DNA from: Tubiluchus corallicola
Taxonomy: Eukaryota > Animalia > Priapulida
DNA length: 64,000 nucleotides
Assembly: GCA_030141605.1 (NCBI GenBank)
Contig: JAQGDQ010000030.1
Coordinates: forward strand, 665,171 to 729,170
Direction of reading: 5' to 3'
The notes beneath the pieces are model-generated. The model saw only the letters and a list, made by a program, of their open reading frames with translations, was not told the DNA's origin and ran no database searches. Of this stretch, positions 47,189-61,711 are shown piece after piece. Numbering within the stretch: position 1 is the stretch's first letter; each line of letters starts with the position of its first letter. The position numbers and the translations under genes are program-made.

Positions 47189-50100
47189 TTTGAAGGTCTC
47201 CGTGCTTTGCACAGACTATCAAAACACTTCATCTGAAAGTGAGCCTATTAAGCTGCGTGTACAGCATATCACATGTTACATAATTATTTTCTTATCACTG
47301 AAATTATTTGTATCAAAGCTATGCATGTGCCCTTTTTTCCTACTTTATCATTTGTGCCATTTTTCCTGTGCCATTTTACCGTGCCATTTTTCTCTGTGTC
47401 ATTTTTACCTTATTTCTAGTTACATAAGCATTTCCAGCTGGTAAGCGAAATGCTAAATAATATTTGCATAGAAAGCTTTTTGGGACATAATTTAACATTG
47501 CCTTTTCTTCCCCTGATGTAAGTTTACTTACTGATGTCATGTAATGGGGCCATCGGGATAGTATTGCGGGAGATCTAAAATGAAAACAAACAAAAATTCC
47601 TTTTAACCCGAGTACGATATATGCATAAAACTGCTGTAAAGAAATATAATGTTTTAAGGCGATTTTTCTGAAACCTACTCCAGGTACCCCTTTTCTTGTT
47701 GTTTAAGTTTAAAAGCAGCCTTGTATGTGTTGTTAAAGTAAAGACCAAGCCTTCAGGGAAGTTAGGCTCATTTCAATGTTCGAGTACAATGTTGGAAGGA
47801 TTTAGTAATAAAAATGTGATAACCGCCTCGTGTAATTAGTAAAATCACTTTAAAATCGCGATGTTTCACGATTAGCACTTCCATTTTGAACGCCCATTCT
47901 GCCACCAATGACGGTATTCATTAACTTAAGAAATTCAGCACACTGTTAATTTCCATCAAAAGTATAATACGTTTTTACAAAAAAATAGATATTTCTGCAT
48001 GAGTACTAGTTAAGCTGCCGAAGTTTGAATTAATTTAAACAGCATGCGCTTACGGAAAGCCACAAGATGCTTACGAAAAGTCACGAACTCGACCAGTTAC
48101 GTCATAATTTTCAAGTAAATGGTGACTATCACAGTGCCCGAAAATTTCTATACTGTGTCAGTACAAATTATCTTCACGTGGTATAAACAGTTTTTGCAAA
48201 TTTCCTCGTTATATTTTTAAGTTTAAGTGATAACAGTAAAATAAAACCAACATGCTAAGCGACTCGCTCTTTCTTTTAAGCATTCATTTTTAGTTAAATG
48301 CTATGAGACTATTATACTTTGTGTGACAGTAAAATTGTCCGCAGCTGAAAATTGCTACATAAAAATAAATTTATAAATAAATAAACATCGTATAGAGCTA
48401 GGGAGTGGGTGTAAATTAACAAAATCGTACACCTACTGCTAGTACCATAATGTATGCTGGCCAGGACCTTTCAATATTGACTTAAGGCGCGTTGCTCGGA
48501 TGTAAAAGCGCAAGACGAATGTTTTCTTGGTAAACATCTTGACTAGAGTAAATAATTTTAGGTGAACATAAATTTTGCACCTTTAAATCATGGTTTCAGT
48601 ACAGGTCGACTGATCATAGTCAGTTTTTTTGTCATAGCTACAGCACCAAAAGATTTGCTGTGATACATAATGTATATACTGTACGATTCACTAACTTGTA
48701 CTATAAGACCTACTCAATATTGCGAAATGTAATCTGTTTATATAATGTGCTAGCCAGTAGACTGCTCAAAAGTTGGTTTTAAACGTACAACTCTTCATAA
48801 TTCAACTGTACTGTATAAACATAGAAGTGTTTTTAAGACATACTTTATCAGTTTGGCTACATTTTATATTATTAGGTGTGACTAAGAGGTAAACGTTAAT
48901 TTTACTGTACCAATAACGCTATATGTACGCTTGGGTATGGATTAGTGAACCCTCTACAGGATGTACGTGATACTCGATCGTTAGGCCTAAAAACTGCAAG
49001 GTATTAAACAGAAAAAGTACGTATTCATTCAACTCAGAAACACTCCATAGTGTTTAATATAAACGTTGTTTTATAGATAACAGAGATTACAATACTTGAA
49101 CAGAGAGTTTTTCGACTGATAGACGTTCTGGCTAATGGAACGCAACGCTTAGAGGAGTGCAGACAATAAGTGAACAGTAGAAACATTGCAGTATGACAAA
49201 GTGTTTGATACATTATGCAGCACAGGAGTGCTATTTTTACAATGTTAAGAAAGCCAATATCCAGCAACAAAAATGTCCCTCGGAACAAAAGTGAAAATAT
49301 TATCTACATTAGTTGAGTCTGTATTCCTATCAAACTCTGAATACCGAACACATGAAGGAACAAAATAGAAAGTCTATGCATTACACCTTCTGGTATTATA
49401 AAGAAATCTGACGTTCTTGAAATGGCTTAACAAAAGTGCCTATCAGAAAACGAACGTAGATCTTTATCGAAAAGAGAAAGTTTTCACGGAATCAGACGTG
49501 CAATTGAAGCTCCCGAAGATTTCTTGTGAAAACATGTTAATGAATTACTGAATTCTGCAAAGCTACCTCCTCGTGGACAGATCTTAAATTACATAGATGA
49601 AAAATATAGCGATCTTATTAACAATAGATTATCATCAACGAATCTGAAAGACAAGCACGTTAGTTGTACTTAAAAACAGAAATTTACTGGGAACGGAAGA
49701 CGCTAGGGCAATGTCCACAAACATGCTTTAACCAAATTTATTTCATATGTTTTGGGTTAGGCTGGCGTAGAACTATATTTGTAAAACTTACTGAATTGCA
49801 TTGGGTCGTAAAACTGACAGAATAGGGCTTTGATTGCAACAAATTTAAAACGTTGTTGTTAGTGGAATATAATGAAGCAATACGTTTTGATCTTATTTAA
49901 AATTTTTCGAAGTCTCAAGGGTGTCTGCATTAATTAATTATTGCATACGAGTCAATTAAAAGGACTTCATCACAGATGCTTTAATAGCGACACATTGTAC
50001 AAATATATGGCACCATCTATTGACAAAAACGGAATGCAGAATATGCCAGGCACCAGGAAATATTTGTAGTACAGACAAAATTTGTATTGGAATATGTTCC

Positions 50101-50535
50101 TGTCACGCCCCAAAGATCAATTATTAGTATCATAATAGCATTATCAGTATCAAGTTTGCAGAGCAAGAAGAAATAACAAAAACACAGTTTTGTACTTTCT
50201 AGAACTTAATTTTATTAATAAAACAGCTAGATATAAGACTTTTCTTACACATTAACATTAACGATATAGAATCCATAATCAATGAGCGATTTGCTATTCT
50301 AAATTCGCCTGCATCATCAAAATACATAATTTTATGTTTTGGTCGCAAATTAACCATTATAAACTTAACTTGGACCTATACTGCTTTCCTAAATTAATAA
50401 AACATCAGGTAACCAATTATATGACATTAATCTATACAGCCAGCATTTGAAACCGAATAGAATGTAACAAAATCACATTAGTGAAATTTATAAAGGGATT
50501 ATATGGTGGAAAGCCTGAAAGGTCTCACGATGCGT

Positions 50536-50628
50536 TTAACTGTAATTGATGCTAAGGTTGGCATTGAGAACGCCGTACTTGTTACTTGCACAGCACTTGT
50601 ATTTGCCCCCATCAGCTTTTTCTGGTTC
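50536..50628 (-). CDS. Ig-domain protein terminal exon (Ig2, second half)
   Basis: [30 protein letters not shown] then TAA. Confidence 0.92.
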   Translation of the reverse strand, partial: EPEKADGGKYKCCASNKYGVLNANLSINYS

Positions 50629-53600
50629 CTAGAGAAAAAACGAGACAAAATAAAACTACAATCAAAACAACACAGATTTCTTTAAGCGGCGCACCCAATC
50701 TACACGGTACACAGCTACACCACACCCGGTGTCAATTTGCTCAAAACTGGCCTAGGTGCGGCCATAATAAAAGGAAGGCATTTCTGGCAAGACATCTCAC
50801 TCAGACTAACTCTCTACTTCCCCCGTCCAAAAAAAATAAAATAGAAAGGGATCCAGATTCCTTTGATAAATACTCTTCTTTCTGTTGCCACGTAACATTG
50901 TCAAAACAGCCACGAAAATAGGCATTCAAGTTACACTCACGAAGTCAGACATTACTGGCACTTCGAACATAGCCCACATGACGGTAAGTGGATAATTATC
51001 TGTCAAAGCTCAAATAATACATAACAATACATGCATAATGCTGAATAGCATTGCTATGATTCTTCTTATTGCCAAGTGTCTTAACACATCGATCCACTTA
51101 ATTAACCATAGAGGCTGCTCTTAAAGAGTCAGGGATTACTGGCACTTCGAGTACAGCCCATATGGTAGTGAATTAAGAGGCATTCAATTTCTCCATAAAT
51201 TGTTTTCTGAATAAATGCATTCAGGCATCAGTGAGAACCCGCATAACTGCCGATAAGTGACAAAATCTGTAATCAGTTTAAACCAACCTGACGTACGTCA
51301 CGAATGAATGAGTAAACAAATGAATGGACAAATAAAAGAAAAACAAATAAGAACAGTGAAGTATGGAAAAAAGAAAATGAATGGAAGAAAAAAGAAAAGA
51401 GAAAAAAGAAGAAAAGAAAGAAAGAAAGAATAAATAAAAGAAAGGAGCAAAAAAAGAAACAAAGAAAAGAAGAAGGAAAACAGAAAAAGAAAGAAAGAGA
51501 AAAAGAAATAAAGACACAGCGGTTTAAGTAAACTGTAACATATAACGGTGACGTCATTACCTTGATTTCTAACTGCAGAAGATATTCGTCGGTTCCCTCT
51601 TTACGTTTGATTATTTTTATGCGCTTGTCCTCTGCTACGTCCTTTTCTTCACGTGTCCACTTCACTTCCGGTTCTGGCCTAGCCTTCACTTTGCACTGCA
51701 GCGTGATCAACTTGTCACCTTGAATGATTTCCGGTTTACCAATGAACTCAGGAGTTATATCACCTGAGCCCTCGGGTGCTGAAATATTAAATAATACACA
51801 AAATGTTTTTTCCCCAGAATATAATTAAAATTAGGGTTCTTAATTTCGGGAATGTATCTAGGCTAACTTCTTTCTCGCAAGCAGCAGAAAAACCTGGCAA
51901 TTGGTAATGATAATTTTGCAAATGACAGTGTGACATTCTGCCCTGGAAAGAATGGCAAACAATAAACTAGATCTTCGTATTTTTTCGTTTTTTTTGTTAC
52001 AACACTTGCATTTCGCTGTCCTCCTTATTTTTTCCGCTTTTGTTTTCGTTTTCTGTTCCATTCTGTTTTTCTGGTTGTCTAGCAGGCTTTTTCTGACTGT
52101 CCATTTAATATTCTCTTCTCCTATACGTTGCTTTGCTTTGTCCTTCTCTTCTCTTCTCTTCTCTTCTCTTCTCTTCTCTTCTCTTCTCTTCTCTTCTCTT
52201 CTCTTCTCTTCTCTTCTCTTCTCTTCTCTTCTCTTCTCTTCTCTTCTCTTCTCTTCTCTTCTCTTCTCTTCTCTTCTCCTGTCCTGTCCTGTCCTGTCCT
52301 GTCCTGTCCTGTCCTGTCCTGTCCTGTCCTGTCCTGTCCTGTCCTGTCCTGTCCTGTCCTGTCCTGTCCTGTCCTCTCCTCTCCTCTCCTCTCCTCTCCT
52401 CTCCTCTCCTCCCTTCCCTTCCCTTCCCTTCGTTTCGCTTCCCTTTCCCTTTTTTTCATGCCACGTTCTCATTTGCACTTTAGTATCTCTACAACTAGAA
52501 ATTTTAATCTGAATGTTCGCTTAGCTTTCAGTACTGATAAATTTCCAACAACAGTGCCTTATTTATTTCCAGGTTTTTATAACTCGATAGTTCAGAATCT
52601 ATGTTTAGATTACATTTATATTAGGAGCGTAATTATAAAGTTTCAACGAAAAATGGACTTAAACTTAGTTGCAAATTGCAAAACCAAGGCAGCCGCATAT
52701 CACAGACTGCTGAATTTATGCCATCATATGTGGTTGCGTTGGCTTTGCAATTTTAGATCTTAGTGAGATTCCCCAAGAATGAATGAATTAATCTCAGTTG
52801 AAGTCGTGCAACATGCGAGGCGCTAAACTACGAATTAAACTCACTAAATTTATTGTATGTATGTGATTAGTCGGCCAACAGATAATATGATAATAACATT
52901 AAGAATTGCAAATACAACCAAGTAAAGCCCAGAGGAAGGCAAGTTTTTCACTAATACTTCGGCGAAGTCACTCAAAATGCAATATAGATGCACGCAATGC
53001 AGATTTTTTGGTCATTTTAGCTATGTTTTAAAATTTAATAATAATAAGTTTATTGATGAACACAGTACAATACGATGCGATGCGATGCGATGCGATACGA
53101 TACGATACGATACGATACGATACGATACGATACGATACGATACGATACGATACGATACGATACGATACGATACGAATATAACACAACACAACACAATATA
53201 CATAGACAAAGAACCTAAACGTTTGGTAATATTATATTAGCGGGTGACTTACCACCGATGCTGAGTGTAAAATTGGCCGTCAATTCGCCTTGGCTGTTTT
53301 TCGCTAAACATCTGTATTTTCCTGCATTTTCTTTCTTTGGTTCCTAATAAATTAAAATTGTTATTATTTTTGGTACCTACTTTACTTTTCAAAATTATTT
53401 TACTGTAGAAGAAGACACATCTTCTTTATTTACATCACCATCTCCAGTTGTACAAGATGTATAGGATAAGCATATGAATTTGTTTTATTAAATTTAAAAT
53501 TCTGAAGTATTTCGGGGCTTGAACCCGAATACCCACATGTTAGGCGCAAATAACGACAGTTGTCTCATTGAAAGTTAATGAAATGAATAATCCCAAAGTT

Positions 53601-56600
53601 ATCTGCTACTAAGGAATTAGGAAACACCCAGTTCAAATTTATTGTCCGTTAATGTACACAATTATCGTTGCGAGGGTATAATTGTACAATATAGGTGCTG
53701 TAACAAGTTTGGTCACACTTTACTACTAGAGTGAAATATACACCCATGAAAATGTTATTTTGTGTTCCTGCGCGTAGATAGATTAGCATCGCATGACAAG
53801 AGCTGTCCCAACCTGCCCGAAAATGTATTTGCTTTGCGAATTTTTAGAGAACAGCTTATTGTTGTATCAATAGGTGTGCGTTCTTCAAGCACCACTTCAC
53901 GTTTTCTATTAATACGTACCGGGTACTCTCAAATAAGAGCAGGTGTATCATGGTACGCCCAGAAGAAGCGAATCTGCATATACTATATTATATAACGCAA
54001 CTTGGTGATTTGATTCATAATGTCATTTGTAAAGTTAGATGGTAAATTTGTGAAAACTGAAAAAGTCTCTAGTCTAGACCATAATTGGGATCACGAATAT
54101 AGCCTTCACTGTAGCATTATTAAATCTTTGCAACAGGTGTAATATTTTCAGTATGGCAGGAAAGTACAGCGGCCCAATGCTATAACGATGTTAGAACGTC
54201 GTTTAATTTTTCTTAATACGCAAGTGCCTGTATATAATTGTAGTGCTTCTGGCATGTGTGCAATTTTATCACTGCATATTTTTCGCACCTTTGCAGGAAA
54301 GCGTGTTACAGTATAGGAAACCGATTACTAGAAGTTCTGAACAATAAACATGCATTAGTTACTGTCAAACAAGTCAAACGAGTCAAACAATCTTGTTATA
54401 TTAAGATGTTTAATAACAGTCTGTTTGTAAATTACGATCGTCAAACCTGATAGCGGCGAATGCTTATTTACACAACGTATAATATATTAATATAATAATA
54501 ATAATAATATTTTTTATGTAACTTTTATTGTAGTATTGTATTGTAGTGTGATGCAATATTTTTATGTTTTTTGTATAGCTTTTATTCCGAAATAATCAAA
54601 TCAAATCAAATCTAATCTAAACTTGTTTGCGGCAACGATTACACGAGTAGTTTAAACTGTTATAATAACAAATGAAGCGCAGCTAAAACTTATAGGTGGT
54701 CGTTTTTGCCAATCGCCATTTTATCTTAATTATAAGGTCATAAACCAAAATGTTTTTATTTTGAAACTTAGCAAGACATTCTGAACGCCTGCAAGTGCAG
54801 GTGCCCACGAATGTCATTAACTTTGTGCTTGTTGGTTACATTAGTTTTTCTCTTCTTGTAAATGGCGTCCAACTTGAACTCATTTTCTTGATATGATCAT
54901 GTTTTCACCATATCACGTGCTGTACTATTATTATTTTGGGTGGCCTTGATTTTTGCGTAAAATCATTATTTCGGCGTCACGTTTGACTTGCACACCTGTA
55001 CCAGTTGAGCACACAATGAGTTCGCAAAAACTCGCGAGTATATTTGACAAAAATGGTATTAAATGCGAGCAGCTGCTTCGCAAACTTAGAGTTTTCCGTC
55101 TTTCCCTTGCTTTCTCTTTAGACACAGATTTTCTTCTTCGGGAAGCAAATATTCCAATTTGTAAGAAAATCGTGTGAAAATCAATGAATTTATGCACCAC
55201 CAAAATGTAAATGCGAGACTTAACCAAGTTTTTGTTTTGCTTTTTCTACCCACTAAACTAAAAAGACAAAGTGTTGATGTGGATGTGTGTGTGTATAATG
55301 AATGTAATTTCTTGTAGAAAATTTACGTTGTTTACGAAAATAATAAATTGCATATCAAAGCGATATACGAGTAGCAAGTGCAAAATTCCATTTTAAATGG
55401 CGAGCACGTGGATTCTGCAAGGTGTCTCGTGAATTTAATGTTTCACGTACACTTAGTTTGGCGCAGTAAAGACAGAATTTTCCTTGAATAGCAAAAGTGT
55501 TAATTGAAACACTAATTTTCTTAATAATAATTCCGTTAGAACAAGTGAATTTACTATTAGCCTCTTAAAACAGAGAAATTTGTAAGAACTGTGCAACTGC
55601 AAGGTTTGTAGGTCAAGCATTGCAGGTGCGTAATAATATTCTTCTGGTAACCTTGTACGTTTACTTTGCCTGCAAGACGATAACATGGTCTTATCTGAGT
55701 TTTGCAAACTATTCATCCCAGGTACTTAAAGACACACAAGAAACTACACGAGCGACAGCTTGATTTTCTAATTGCCTCGTTTTTTGTCTTGTACTTTTTG
55801 TATTTGATCCTTTCTTGAGTTTCTTCTTTCCAGACATCACAGAAGAAACTTTTTTCATTTCTTGCTAACAATTTTCTGCATGTTCTTCCTTCTTTCTTTC
55901 TTTTCTTCTCTCTGTTTTTCTTTCTTATTTCGTGTTTATTATGCGTCTTCTGTTATTTTGTTAACTTCACTTGAGTCCTTCTTACTGCACTGTTTCCTAG
56001 AAATTGCGATTTAATTAAAGATATTGTTACTATTATAATAATTAAAACTGACTCACCTTTATCACAAGAGTGTGTACCCAGTACGTCTCATTCTTCTCCT
56101 TGTCCTTTTCTTTATCCTTATCCAATTTCACCTTGTCGGATTTTTTTACCTCTTTATCCCCGTGAAACCAAGTGATCTTAGGTTCAGGATTCCCGGTGAC
56201 AGTGCACTCCATGACCATCTTATCCCCCTCGTCCTTCATGACGGGGTCCTTGTAAAATTTTGGCCTAAAATGAAAAAACAAACTTACATTTTTCCTAGAA
56301 CAAGAAGCATCTAAAAGTTTGAATAAAAAAGGGTTCTGTGTGTTAACACTACACTGGCTGCAGCTAAATTTCTTAGAAAATAACTATAACTAGACATAAT
56401 GATTGTTTTTCATGTACCGCATGTGACTCATATGCCCATTGTCCAGCAACGTGTTCGCATGCAAAGGAAACTTTCGCTAATATTTAGTCCAAGAAATACA
56501 CACATTCGTTGCAGCTACTACGAAATTGAATTCTGTTCTCCGTAAAACTGCTGTTTAATGATTTCATTCAACAAAAATTTCCAGAATGCAATTTTGTTCT

Positions 56601-58825
56601 CGGAGACGGCGATGATTTGTTTATTTTAATGCAATAAATGGGAACTGGTGCAGTGTTCGTCATCAACACTTCTCCTTTCCAGTACACGCAACCAACAAAG
56701 CATCTCAGTAAAGGCTTGTTTAAATGAATCAAAGCAGCTTTTAACTCAGTTTTCATCAATTTCTAAAGAAACTGTTCCAACGATCATATGTTTCTGCTGA
56801 AGAAAATACATTCATGTACTTTGCAACCTTTCCCTGCATCCTCACTCTAATCTGCCAATAGGAAACTTGCCAAAATCATTCACTAGATGGCTCTGGTAAG
56901 TAGATCCTTGCAAAAAAGTATAAACAAATTATCTCTTGGACATAAAATGAGGGAATATTGCTCACAAAAAAGATATTGAGCCTGTACTAAATGGAAATTC
57001 ACTGCGTTTTGGTTCGAATGGTCAAACGTTAAGCTCACGAGGTAAAAAACATCGGAAATCAAAATAGATGAAACTACATCACCAAATTTCGCACAGAGAC
57101 AGAGCTAGATAGGACCAAAACTCATCACTTTTTAGTTCAAAAGGTTCAGGTCAAAATGTTCAAACAAATTTTAGTTTATGTAAAGGCGTGGTCTGCACCT
57201 TTATTTGGTGATCTCTAATATTATTAGATGTATAAATTTACCTGTCAAGTTCTGTTATACCGTTGCTGACACTATTTTTTCATTTGTTGAAGGTATGTGT
57301 ATTGGGTCAGTGTTGCTATGATAACCTCAACAAGTACCCTAAGTTCTTTTTCCCCCCAATATCTGCTGGTGATAGTTTTCCCCCATACACCTTTTCAAGC
57401 TAATAATAGTAGAAATTAACGCGAAAATAGAAGAAAGTAAAACAGTAATGGCGTTTTAATTTCGAACAGGGTACTGTTCGTTGAATTCGTTGAGAGTTTA
57501 AGAAAACCAAGGTTCCGGAAAAACAGTAAAAACTGAAAAAACTGTAAAAACGCATTAGAAAACTCAAATACCATTAACCTACATTATACGAGTAGTTTGC
57601 CTTATCACTTGCACGCAAATAGAATGTAAGCTACGACAAACGTTTCGGTAAAACGTATAAAGGCTGTTAGCATTCTTTTAATTCTTTAAAGGTGTGTAAA
57701 CATCGCGAGCATAAAAAAGAAGTAATTCAACGCAGGCGTTTTGCATGATGTACTATGACTGAGAATATATATTGGAAACAGAAACGTAGAAAAATATTAT
57801 ATTAATTTCATATGAGACAGCACGATGTTTCTAGTAGGCTTAGGACTTAAATTTATGGATTTGAATAACTTATGACTTTCATGTTTAACGAAAATATGCA
57901 GTAAATGCGGTATCGCGCGGAATATTGTGTTCATTATAATTACTGGTAAAACAACTGGCATAAAACGATGAAAAACTTCTGCTGCTTCAATAAAATTGAG
58001 CAAACTTTTTCCTTTGACCAAGAAACTGTAATAAAGTATTAGAACTACAACTATTTCACAGATATTAGCAAACAACATGTTTAGACCGCAGTAAAATCAA
58101 ACTGCTCGAAAATAAAACGCGATTATTCAGTATCATTTAAGTAACAGTTGCATGCTTTGCGTAGGCGTTATTAGTTCGAGCGTGTGATTTATTACTGCAA
58201 ATTATAATCGTCTTGTTAAGTGTTCCAAAGAACTAATAATGATGCGTACCTTGTTTTTAACATGTTTCAACATCGGTGGGTGCCGCCGTTGTCACGGAAA
58301 GATCATCGAGGTAGTTTTTCATACAAGTTTAATCATCTGACGAACGTGCCATCACGGTAAACACTCAGGTAAAGCTTACCTTACCACTCGTCTCAGCCAG
58401 GTAATCATGCATCACCGGCTGCATTCCTGATTAGCAGTTACCTGAACTTCCACACAGACACAGGTAAGGTAAGCTACTTAATAAGTTGTTTTAGATTACA
58501 GGACTATGAAACGCCCGGCGGCACATAATTTCTAGTAAAGCTCAGACATGGAATTAAGGGGCAATAAAGAATAAATTAATTTTGTATCCTCCAACCTTGC
58601 GGTTAAAGTCACCGTTGGAGGTGGCGGCCAATGCGAACGAAATTCTTGTACCGTTACTGTAGGAAAAGTAAAAACGGTTGTAGAGGAAGTATTGTGATTT
58701 CTGAACGGTATTACTGATTGTGGATAAATTCAAATAACCTGAATACAGTCACAGGCGACAGCTTCTAAAGCTAAAACAGTTGTTTTTTTAAATTAATAAA
58801 AAACTTATACTTACGACGAAGTCAT
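50536..58825 (-). CDS. small intracellular protein with two I-set immunoglobulin domains (DIM-1 / twitchin N-terminal type), about 206 aa
   Basis: Exons 56057-56264, 53253-53343, 51561-51778, 50536-50628, plus a candidate 11-nt first coding exon 58815-58825 (ATGACTTCGTC|GTAAGT, phase-compatible). Motifs PKF...[18 protein letters not shown]...LVIK|EP...[17 protein letters not shown] and PEF...[15 protein letters not shown]...LEIK|[20 protein letters not shown]. Confidence 0.85.
51561..51778 (-). CDS. Ig-domain protein exon (Ig2, first half)
   Basis: [43 protein letters not shown]...EYLLQLEIK. Confidence 0.93.
52143..52430. repeat. compound pentanucleotide microsatellite (CTCTT)n(GTCCT)n(CTCCT)n(CCCTT)n
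   Basis: Read directly. Confidence 0.97.
53069..53174. repeat. pentanucleotide microsatellite (GATGC)n(GATAC)n
   Basis: Read directly. Confidence 0.95.
53253..53343 (-). CDS. Ig-domain protein exon (Ig1, second half)
   Basis: [30 protein letters not shown]; donor GTAAGT. Confidence 0.92.
56057..56264 (-). CDS. Ig-domain protein exon (Ig1, first half)
   Basis: [39 protein letters not shown]...YWVHTLVIK; TTTTAG / GTGAGT. Confidence 0.93.
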
Positions 58826-61451
58826 GACGCAGGTCTTGCTTTTTGGTGGCTTGCTCGGGCTGGCTGAAACTTACAGGACCAAAGTTCTTTGTTTTTGGCT
58901 AGGTTTAAATACCATGTCTGTTGGGCGTGGAAGTGCAACAAGGACTATGGACTTTTTCATGGAGGCGTGCTCAATGGGGCGACCACAAGACGTAACCAAG
59001 AAAGCTGCCCAATACAGCATTATAGCAATTGGCTAATAACAGCTATTTTACTGATTTTGGGTTATAATAGTTCAATTTTATTTCCAGTCTTAATTAGCAA
59101 GATGCCTTAATTAGCGAAAAAATTGCGCCCTGCGGATCAGCCTCCATTAATCCTTATAAAAGGTAAACATGTAAACGGAGCAACCACACAGCTATGTGCA
59201 ATTTAGTAGGCACTGTAGAACATTTATGGCAAAAATGCAAAGTTCGGTTTATGATGGCTAACAGTAAAACATACTGCCTAGACGGCGCACTGTACAAAGC
59301 GAATGTAAATCGAAAATTTGGACGTTTATAGCTTGATCTTCGGATTGCCGAATTTCCTCGACCGGAATCAGGATTCCGAACTGTGAATTTCGAATTGTAT
59401 CCCACTCAGCTGGCAGCAAAGAATCTTGATTTGTTAAATTTCGTGCAATAATAGGAGTCATTGCCATGCTCATTTATTGATACAGGCGAATCACACTTTT
59501 ACACAACAAATAACTTAATATGGACTGGGGTGTGGAAATTATACTGACACATAATAGTGGCTTGTGATATCAATCATTCAAAAAAGGCTAAAGCATAAAA
59601 TGACTGGGCCCTTGTTACTTTACCTAATCAGATTAGACAATATTATTTTCACAACACATCAGTTATTTTCAGAACACAGCACCTCACATGGAGTTACTTC
59701 TAAAAGGCAGTGAATGCTTAGGAAGGGAGGATGGAAGGAAGGAGCCTAGTTTTCGAGTCCTTCGCCCAAGTGTGAAGCTACATCGTATTAATAGCGTAAA
59801 TGAAAAAAATATAGAGGCTTAGATGACTTCACAAAACGTACAAGTAGTAATATCATAAGATAATTATTCTTGTCAAAATAGACGTTAAAATAGTGACTTC
59901 TAAATAAGTAATAAGCTAAGTAAATGCACAGAAAAGACAACATGTATATCTCGACAGCAGATCTGTTTGACATAATTTTTATAGCGACTAAAGCTAGAAA
60001 ATTTAAGTTCCGTAGGAATATCGTCCATAGTTTGATACAATATTTAGCAGCATGTTGAAAATAGTTGATGTTGTGCTGAGGCACTCAGTGGTTGCTACCT
60101 GCATATCTACTTTGATAATTATGTACTTTAAGCACAACTATCGTCAAGGTATTCATAATTTTAGTACCAATTTAGCCCAAGACTGAATATGCTTGTGGTT
60201 TTGGGTTTTACCTAATCCGTCCACGTGCCCTTGCCGGATTATATCAACCTCGCATGTCAAAGTTCCCAAACAGGCTACTAACTTGTCTATGTATGTTTGA
60301 GAGCTCAAAACTCAAAAGAAAGAACTCAATTCTGAGTCTAGGGTTTAAACAATGCAACTCAGTAATCCTACATGAAGCAACAATTTTTATTGCTCATTCA
60401 CACATGCTATTATAAAGCGAATTATTTTTATCGTTCTTACTTTGCTTACTAAGTTAATAATTTTATTTACATGTATTATAAGCAGCGAGGCTTGATAACA
60501 GTTTAATCTTAAATGCATCATACGGAATGTTGTGGGTAATGGTATGATATTCTACAGTGAAATGAGTAATCTTCATTCTCATATCTTTAGGTTACCGAAG
60601 AAGTGATGGTCATTGCTGAAGCATTTCGCTAGGACTGCGCCGTCTGTCAAATGGCAAATATAATAATGATGGACTGATAGATGAAATTTATTTTCGTTTC
60701 TTCTATAAAACATTTAAGTACACATAATAGAACTGCAGGAAATAGGAGCACAACTTTGAGCCATAAGAGACCAAAATTTCAATTGTAATTAAAATAAGAC
60801 AATAAAAGAAAAAAGTGACATCGTACGAGAGGAGAGGAGAGGAGAGGAGGGTAAAAAATAAATGGCATTTAGCCATTCCACAGTAACAATATGTAGCTTT
60901 GAAACAGCAAACGGAAACAATAAAACAGCAAACAGAAAATCTAAAACAGTAGAGCAAAGCCAGTTAATCAGAGAAAAACTAAACATGTCAATTATTATTC
61001 AATCACATACAAAATTTTACACATTGGTGTTTCTGTACACATATATTCGCAATATTAGTGTATCGTTCAAAAAGAGTAGAATTTCTATGCTACAGTTAAC
61101 AAAAAAACCAGCACTATGAACATAAAACAAGTGTCAACAAATAAACAAATAACAAATACGGCCAACAAAGTATAATTAAAACCACCGCAAGCTTGTAGAA
61201 TAATCAGACACTGCAGGATAAATTAGCGCCTACATCAGCAAACTATAAGAAAAGATTAAAATGTACTATACTAAAAAAAATCACGATACCGCCAATCGAC
61301 ACGATTTCGACAAACCATCAGTCTGACTACTTAGTCCGTCTTACAATTGGCAACTATCAGTCCAGTGACTGGTACGCTGCTTCCATCCGTGAACGTAACG
61401 TACGTTGTACCCCTGTACATGTATTGTTTTACTGTTGGTTAATAATTATTT

Positions 61452-61479
61452 TATCTATCTATCTGTCTGTCTGTCTGCC

Positions 61480-61519
<40 letters not shown>

Positions 61520-61711
61520 CGTCCGTCCGTCCGTCCGTCCGTCCGTCCATCCATCCATCCATCCATCCATCCATCCATCCATCCATCCATCCATCCATCC
61601 ATCCATCCATCCATCCATCCATCTATCTATCTATCTATCTATTTATCTGTCCGTCCGTCCGTCCGTCCGTCCGTCCATCCCTAACTCCCTCCCTCCCTCC
61701 TATCCATCTAT
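61452..61711. repeat. compound tetranucleotide microsatellite (TATC/TGTC/CGTC/CATC/CCTC)
   Basis: Read directly. Confidence 0.96.

Noticed and set aside
51858-52763. Long repetitive ORFs (EEKRR, GQDRT, LLFSS, VLSCP); also YLPT/YLSI at 33242-33815, PSIH at 61405-61746 and YDTIR at 52977-53240
   Set aside because: They are products of penta- and tetranucleotide microsatellites in introns or intergenic DNA.
53510-53565. tRNA-like B-box (GGTTCAAGCCC on the minus strand)
   Set aside because: No cloverleaf or clear A-box; at most a decayed tRNA-derived SINE head.
58250-58263. Alternative first coding exon for the Ig gene (MLKT-R, donor GTACGC)
   Set aside because: Phase-compatible, but the donor is weaker than the GTAAGT at 58814. 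I cannot exclude it without cDNA.
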